Assembly: GCA_964016885.1 (NCBI GenBank)
Contig: OZ024749.1
Coordinates: 17,484,001 to 17,548,000 of the forward strand
Length of the DNA: 64,000 nucleotides
Source: Eledone cirrhosa
Lineage: Eukaryota
Direction of reading: 5' to 3'
The position numbers were made by a program, and so were the translations under genes. A model generated the notes under the pieces. It did not search any database and was not told the DNA's origin. It saw nothing but the letters and a program-made list of their open reading frames with translations. How positions within the stretch are numbered: the stretch's first letter is position 1; each line of letters opens with the position of its first letter. Shown piece by piece: positions 57,410 to 64,000 of the stretch.

Positions 57410-60400
57410 TATCATCATCATCGTTTAACGTCCATCTTTAACGCTTGCATGGGTTTGGACGGGAGTTTTCCCACTTAAGCAAGATTGGTTGTCCTGTTCG
57501 TATAGGACTGTCAGGCGGGTCTTCTACGGCTGGATGCCCTTCCTAACACCAACCACGTTTACAGTGTGGACTGGGAGGTTTTTACCGTGTTACCTACATG
57601 TCCACATTACAGCGTGGACTGTGTTTTTTTGTCATGACACCTACACGTCTGGTAGGTTTTCTACGGCTGGGTGCCCTTCCCAACACCAACCACGTTTACA
57701 GTGTGTACTGGGAGGTTTTTACCGTGTTACCTACACGGCCACATTACAGCATGGGCTGTGTTTTTTTTGCTGTGACACCTACACAACCTCATTTGTTTCG
57801 GACTCAATGTTGTGGTACCAACATAAGTTCACATTTAAGGGGGTGGTGTGGATGGGGTGGGGGTAGTGGGACGGGGGGGGGGTATTTTGTTAGAGGTGCC
57901 TACTGACTGTAGGTTTCGCTTTGTACTTAGGCATGGCGGGTCTTCTGTATAACTGTGTAGCACCAAAGATCTCGGTCCAATGACATTGTCTTCGAGAGGT
58001 GTAAGTGTGTGAGGTCGGAATTTATCAAGTCGTCCCAGGTTTATCTGGGTCTGCCTACTCCTTGGCTACCGTCTATTTTTATCGTCCTGCACTTTTTTAT
58101 ACAGCTGTCGTCTTTCATGCGCATCACGTGACCGTACCAACCAACGTAATCTTCTCTCAAGTAAACAACATCTGATCCCTCTTATTCCTAATTTCTCCCT
58201 TAGTTCGTTTATGCTTTGCCGTTCATGTATATTACTATTACACATCCAGTGGAGCATGCAAGCTTCGTTTCTCTCCAGTCTGCGTATATCCTCTGCACAC
58301 AATGCCCAGGCCTCACTGCCATGTAACATTGCTGTTTGTATGCAGGTATCATACAGCCTGCCTTTCATTTTTAGAGAGAACCCCTTAGCGGCCAATAGTG
58401 GTATAAGCTCTCTGATATTTTTCCATCCCGTTCTGACTCTAGCTACTGTACTTTCAGAGCACCCTCCCCCACTACTGATTTTGTCACCCAGTCCATGCTG
58501 TAAAGTGGCGCTGGTGTTAGGAAGGGCATCCAACCAGTGTATCAATGCCAAAACTCTTATCAGCACAGCAACAAATAGGAACAATAACAAAATATGAAGA
58601 CGTCGCATCTCAGAGTTGCAACACTTAATGTTGGCACTCTCAGAGGTAGATCTGCTGAAATAGCGGAGATGCTGGAGAGAAGGCAGGTGGATGTGTGCTG
58701 CGTGCAGGAGGTGAGATGGAGAGGTGCCTCTGCGAGACTAGTCATAGGCAAGCGTCTTAGCTATAAGCTATTCTGGGTAGGTAAGGATGATGGGCTAGGG
58801 GGAGTAGGCATTTTCCTGGCTGAGAAATGGATCAATAAGACAATAGAGGTAGTTCGAGTTAGTAATCGAATAATTAAGCTTAGATTAGTTGTAGGTAGGA
58901 GACTACTGACAATCATCTCGGCCTATGCTCCCCAAGCAGGCCTAGGCAAAGATGAGAAAAACTGCTTTTATGAGCAACTTTTGCAAACAACCGCAATGAT
59001 AGAGGACGGAGACATTGTTATGCTAGCAGGAGACTTCAATGGTCATGTTGGACAGCTCCAGCATGGTTACCTGGGGTACATGGTGGGCACGGTTACGGTT
59101 CAAGAAATGAAGAAGGAGTGAGACTTCTTGAATTTTGTGATGCGGGTACATTGACTATTTGCAACAGAAACTTCCAGAAACCTGCCAATCACCTAATAAC
59201 CTACAAATCTGGTGAGCACATAAGCGAGATTGACTTCCTGCTAGTTAGGCAGCGGGACAGGCAGATAGTGTCTAATGCCAAGGCATACCCTGGGGAAGAA
59301 TGTACCCCACAGCATAGGTTAGTTGTTAGTGATATCTCAGTAAGCAAGAGATGGAATGAGACATATAGGAAGGTGTGGAGAAGAAAGGTCTGGAAGCTAA
59401 AAGACCTTTCACTAAAATACAAATTTAGGAAAGCCCTTCAACATGTATATGACGAAAAAGAAGACGATTTAGAGACGTATGACATAGATAATAACTGGAA
59501 TTTCTTACGTGACAACTTGCTGCAGGCTACTGATGAAACCTGTGGCTGGAGCAGAGCTCCAACCAGACAGAGAGTGACCTGGTGGTGGAACAGCACAGTA
59601 GATAAGGCTATTAGAGACAAAAGACTAGCATGGAAGGCTTGGAAAAAGGGTGGGAGTAGGGAAGAATATACAGCCACTAAGAGAGAAGCTAGACATCAGT
59701 TGTACTTAGCACACAGGGAGGCAGAGAGTAGGAGGTTTGCCAATGTTCTGCGACGGGAAGATCAGAGGCGTGCGGTGTTCCACATTGCAAGGCAGTGTGT
59801 CAATGCAAATCAGGATGTTGTTGGAGATAAATGTGGCCGGGATGATGCCGGTGTACTTAGTGTCACGAATGATCAGAAAAAGGAGGCCTGGAAATGTCAT
59901 TATGAGAGACTGATGAATGTGGAGAACGAATGGGAGAGAGAGAAATTACCCTTGGTGGATCCGACAGAGGGACCAGCTATTGAGATTGACGAATATAGGG
60001 TCCAAGAGGCGATTAGGGAAATGAAAAATGGTAAGGCTGCCGGACCATCGGGAATAGTTGCTGAGATGCTGAAGGCATCAGGGGACGTAGGCACTAAACT
60101 GGTTGCACGCATCATCAATCAGGCTATATATGGTGGTGTCATACCCAAAGACTGGTGCAGCAGTATTCTCATAAATTGCTACAAAGGTAAAGGGGATGCT
60201 TTGGAGAGGAGCAATTATAGGGGTATAAAACTGATAGATCAGGTTATGAAAGTGGCAGAAAGGATTTTAGCACAACTAATTAGAGAAAAGGTCAAACTAG
60301 ATGAGATGCAGTTTGGTTTTGTGCCTGGGAAGAGTACAACAGATGCCCTCTTCTTGGTGAGACAATTGCAAGAAAGGTTCTTAGAGAAGAATAAGCCACT

Positions 60401-61853
60401 ATACTTAGCCTTTGTTGACCTAGAGAAAGCCTTTGATAGGGTACCCCGATCTGTCATCTGGTGGTCCCTAAGGAAGAAAGGTGTTGAGGAATGGCTTGTG
60501 AGGACAGTGTAAACTTTGTACAGAGGTACTCTCAGTAAAGTCAGGGTAGGAATGGAGTTTAGTGAGTAATTCCAGATACAAGTAGGAGTACATCAGGGTT
60601 CGGTCCTCAGCCCGCTCTTGTTCATTATAGTCCTCCAACCATAACAGAGGAGTTTAAGACTGGCTGTCCATGGGAACTTCTCTACGCTGATGATCTGGTT
60701 CTTATAGCAGAATCAGTAGAGGAGCTAGAGAATAAATTCTGGCTATGGAAACAGCAGTTGGAAGCAAGAGGACTGAGAGTGAGTCTAGCTAAGACAAAAG
60801 TGTTGATGAGTAGAAAAGAGGACAAAACCCTGATTCCGTTAGGGAAATGGCCATGTTCGATATGCAGAAAAGGAACTGGCATAAATTCTATAAAATGTAC
60901 ACAATGCAGATCCTGGGTACACAAGAGATGTAGCGGGATAGCAGGCAAACTAACAGGTAGGGAGAAATATGTATGCAGTAGATGTACAGGGAAATTAGAC
61001 AGTAGAAGTCGCACTGATAGACACATTTTTCAAATGCAAGAAGTGGTGGATAGCTTCCGGTACCTAGGAGATCAGATTAGCATGGGAGGAGGGTGTTCCG
61101 AGACAATAGTATCTAGAAGTTTAGGGAGCTGCTTCCTCTGTTGACGAAGGGTTTCTCCCTGCGTACGAAAGGCCGGTTGTATGATGCCTGTGTGAGGAGC
61201 GTGATGCTGCATGGTAGTGAGACATGGGCAGCAACTGCAGAGGATATGCGACGGCTGGAGAGAAATGAGGCAAGCATGCTCCGTTGGATGTGCAGTGTAA
61301 ATGTGCGTGAACGACCCAGCATAAATGCGTTGAGAGAGAAACTGTGTCTGAGAGGGATAGAATGTAGTGTACGGGAGAGGAGACTGAGGTGGTATTGACA
61401 TGTGATGCGCATGGAGGATGACCAATGGGTGAAGAAGTGCCAGGAATTGCCAGTTGAAGGAAGACGTGGTAGAGGTAGACCACGAAAAACATGGGCGGAG
61501 GTGGTGAGAACAGACCACAGATCATTGAAGCTCACGGTGGAGATGACGAAGGACCGTGACAAGTGAAGAGATGCTGTGCTGAATAAGACCCGTCCCACCC
61601 TTGCAAGCAGGGAAAAGCGGACGTAAAATGATGATGATGATGTAACTGTAGCTGTCCACTATTTCTATAGAACCATCTGTGCAATGGAATGAGCTAGTAT
61701 TTTGTGGGCACTTGCTGCTACTTATTGCACCAGAGCACCGACCACATATAAAATCTATATTCTTAGTTAGCTTACCTGTGATCCCACTACATCTTTTATG
61801 CACTCATACTTTGCATTTGGGACATAAAATGGAGTTTCTGCCTACTCCTTTCC
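57410..61853 (-). mobile_element. RTE LINE family A 3' part (57410-58491 and 61643-61853), split by a full-length family B copy
   Basis: The halves ...ttgtcacccag and taactgtagctgtccactatttc join to give the sequence seen intact at 48838-48876. Confidence 0.85.
58492..61642 (+). mobile_element. Full-length RTE LINE family B (APE endonuclease + RT), inactivated
   Basis: 5' UTR with GGTGTTAGGAAGGGCATCC. ATG at 58594 gives MKTSHLRVATLNVGTL...CVQEVRW...AGDFNGHVG. RT motifs, several frameshifts and stops, and a (GAT)n tail. Confidence 0.95.
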
Positions 61854-62131
61854 TGGTAGTATGTAGTATATATATATATACTACATACATACACTATATA
61901 TAATGTCCAGAGGAACGGCTGAAACAGCTTGACACTAGCATTTATCATATATATATATGCACTATACATACTATATATACACTATATATATATCAACATC
62001 ATCTATTAACATCTATCTTCCATGGGTTACACAAGTCCTATTTTGAGGCAAGTTGTGTAGGGTGACCGTGACAGCTCATATAGGGGTGTTTCTGGCTGGA
62101 TGCCCTTCCTAATGCCAACCACATTGACAAT

Positions 62132-62815
62132 GTGGTGCCTGGAGTCCCTGGATGCCCTCATACGCAGACACCCAGTTGCACCGGACTGAACTCCTCGCCC
62201 ACTTCAGGTGTTATGGACTTGCGAACCAGCTTGGCAGCCAGCCCCTGGAAGACATTGCCCACAGAGATGGGGCATATGCCACTCTCTTTCTTCCTGAGAG
62301 CGGTCAGGCTAGTTGAAATAGAGGCCTTGGGCATGAGGGTCCAGGGCATCATGGATTAGCTTATTGGTGAGTGCCACAATTGCACTCAGAAGGCAGCGCC
62401 CGGCCTCAGTGGAGAGGGTGGATTGCAACTCCTTGAGGTGGCCAGGCCGGATACCATCAGCACCTCCACTGTTGCTAGCTGGGAAGGACTTGATGGCAGA
62501 CATGATGTCTGCATTGGAAGCCAGAAGGAACAAGTGGGGATCGGGTGGAGCTATGGGTCTGAGATCAGCGAGTGGTTCAGGTTGCTTGAGTCGCAGGGCA
62601 GCCAGGACCTCCTCGGTGGATTGGAGAACAGTGTCCTCTGAGGCAACCAGTCTGACTGCAGCTGATGACCCATGATTAATTTGGCATTTACACGGTCACA
62701 CAAACGCTTGGTGCTGCCCTCAAGGGTGGAGGATTGGGGGCACCCGAGAGCGGGGTGTGTCGTGTCCTTAGGCATGCTTGGAATGGACACTTGCCCAAAG
62801 GACAAAACATTGGCT
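62132..62815 (-). mobile_element. CRE-clade non-LTR retrotransposon RT fragment
   Basis: Translates IKSFPASNSGGADGIRPGHLKEL...LTALRKKESGICPISVGNVFQGLAAK...FSPVQLGVCV, matching the CRE/SLACS-type RT domain 0-2 pattern. Confidence 0.75.
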
Positions 62816-62844
62816 GTGTTTTTCATATTTCACACTGATAGGGT

Positions 62845-63334
62845 TTACCGCAAGTGTTGACTACGTAGGTGAACAAACATTGACGAATTCTGATTGAAAG
62901 ATTTACCACGTACTTCACATGAATAAGGTTTTTCACCAGTATGTATTCTTTTGTGACGTTCAAGATTAGAACTATGAGAAAAAGATTTCCCACATGTTTC
63001 ATATGAATAAGGTTTTTCACCAGTATGTGATCTTTTGTGATTATCAAGTTGCGAACTCTGAGAAAAAGATTCCCCACATATTTCACAATGGAAGGGTTTT
63101 TCTCCAGTGTGACTCCGTACGTAGATGACAAGATTAGAATTATTTATGAAAGATTTCTCACATATTTCACAGTGGAAGGGTTTTTGTCCAGTGTGACTCC
63201 GTGTGTGGATGACAAGAGCAGAATTATAAAAAAAAAAATTACCACATATTTCAGTGGAAGGGTTTTTCTCGTGTGAGAATAGTTTCAGTTTTGAAGAGAA
63301 CGTTTTCCTGCAAATCTCAGTTATATTCAGACAT
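62845..63334 (-). pseudogene. C2H2 zinc-finger gene copy 8 (type A), degenerate
   Basis: The homologous ATG at 63334 is frameshifted. About 6 finger units remain, and only one ([21 protein letters not shown]) keeps all ligands. Confidence 0.85.
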
Positions 63335-64000
63335 TTCATAAAGGAATCTCACCACTTCCACTCAAATATTAAGAAATGTAGCATTCAGTTGTATATTCAG
63401 TTGTAACAAGATGTATGAAAGCGTAGGACTGATCTTGGGAGAAGAAAAAGCAAGTGCTAATATATATATGTGTGTGTGTGTATTTTTATTTTTGTTAAAG
63501 TGAGAGAAAGCTCTATTCACAATAACATCCTCAGCTCATAAAACAGACGAATAAGTCTTCGCAATTTAAGGTTCTTATTATTGACGACAGTTCAGGTGAC
63601 AAGAGGGGGACACACAAGAAGGTAGAATGTTAGCAAATAAATAAATGAATGGATGAATATACAAAAAAGAAAACGGGGTTGTTCCCAGCGGAAAGACCCA
63701 GAGTTCAGCACGCACACATGCGAGCATGTTAGCAGTTTCTCACAGAACCTTGTGGCTAAATGAGAGTCTTTCAATCCTGAAAACATGTGTTGTTGTTATT
63801 GTCACTGATGATGGAGTTGGCTTCTTCTTGTTAATAGTAGTGGTAGTGTTTGTTGGCAAGATGTTGGTGTATACACATATATGTTGTTGTTGCTGCCTTC
63901 CTCTTGTTAATAGTAGTGGTAGTGTTTGCTGGTAAGATGTTGGTGTATACACATATGTTGTTGTTGTTAATGTCACTGTTTCTGTCGTTGCCTTCCTCTT

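Overview
AT-rich, microsatellite-rich animal genomic DNA. It is most consistent with a coleoid cephalopod (octopus-like), inferred from the [15 protein letters not shown]2H2 arrays, (GAT)n-tailed RTE LINEs and Nin/Deu-domain tRNA SINEs. The window is a tandem cluster of eight minus-strand C2H2 zinc-finger gene copies in three sequence types, nearly all broken by frameshifts, stops, insertions or an internal inversion. The cluster was built by segmental duplication (about 10.3-17.8 kb matches about 40.3-47.9 kb; about 22.6-26.5 kb matches about 50.8-56.0 kb). It is densely invaded by mobile DNA: two RTE families, one nested in the other; a CR1 LINE; CRE-like fragments; a deleted Gypsy-type LTR element; three solo LTRs; a Helitron inserted inside a start codon; hAT, Tc/pogo and Merlin-like MITEs; and SINEs. 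The most notable signal absent from the ORF track is a set of Penelope-type hammerhead ribozyme motifs. One ~1 kb palindrome carries a hammerhead on each arm (37073-38066), and a second hammerhead has a solo LTR inserted in its loop II (5661-6135). All alignments and folds were done by eye, so the ends of degenerate elements are approximate.
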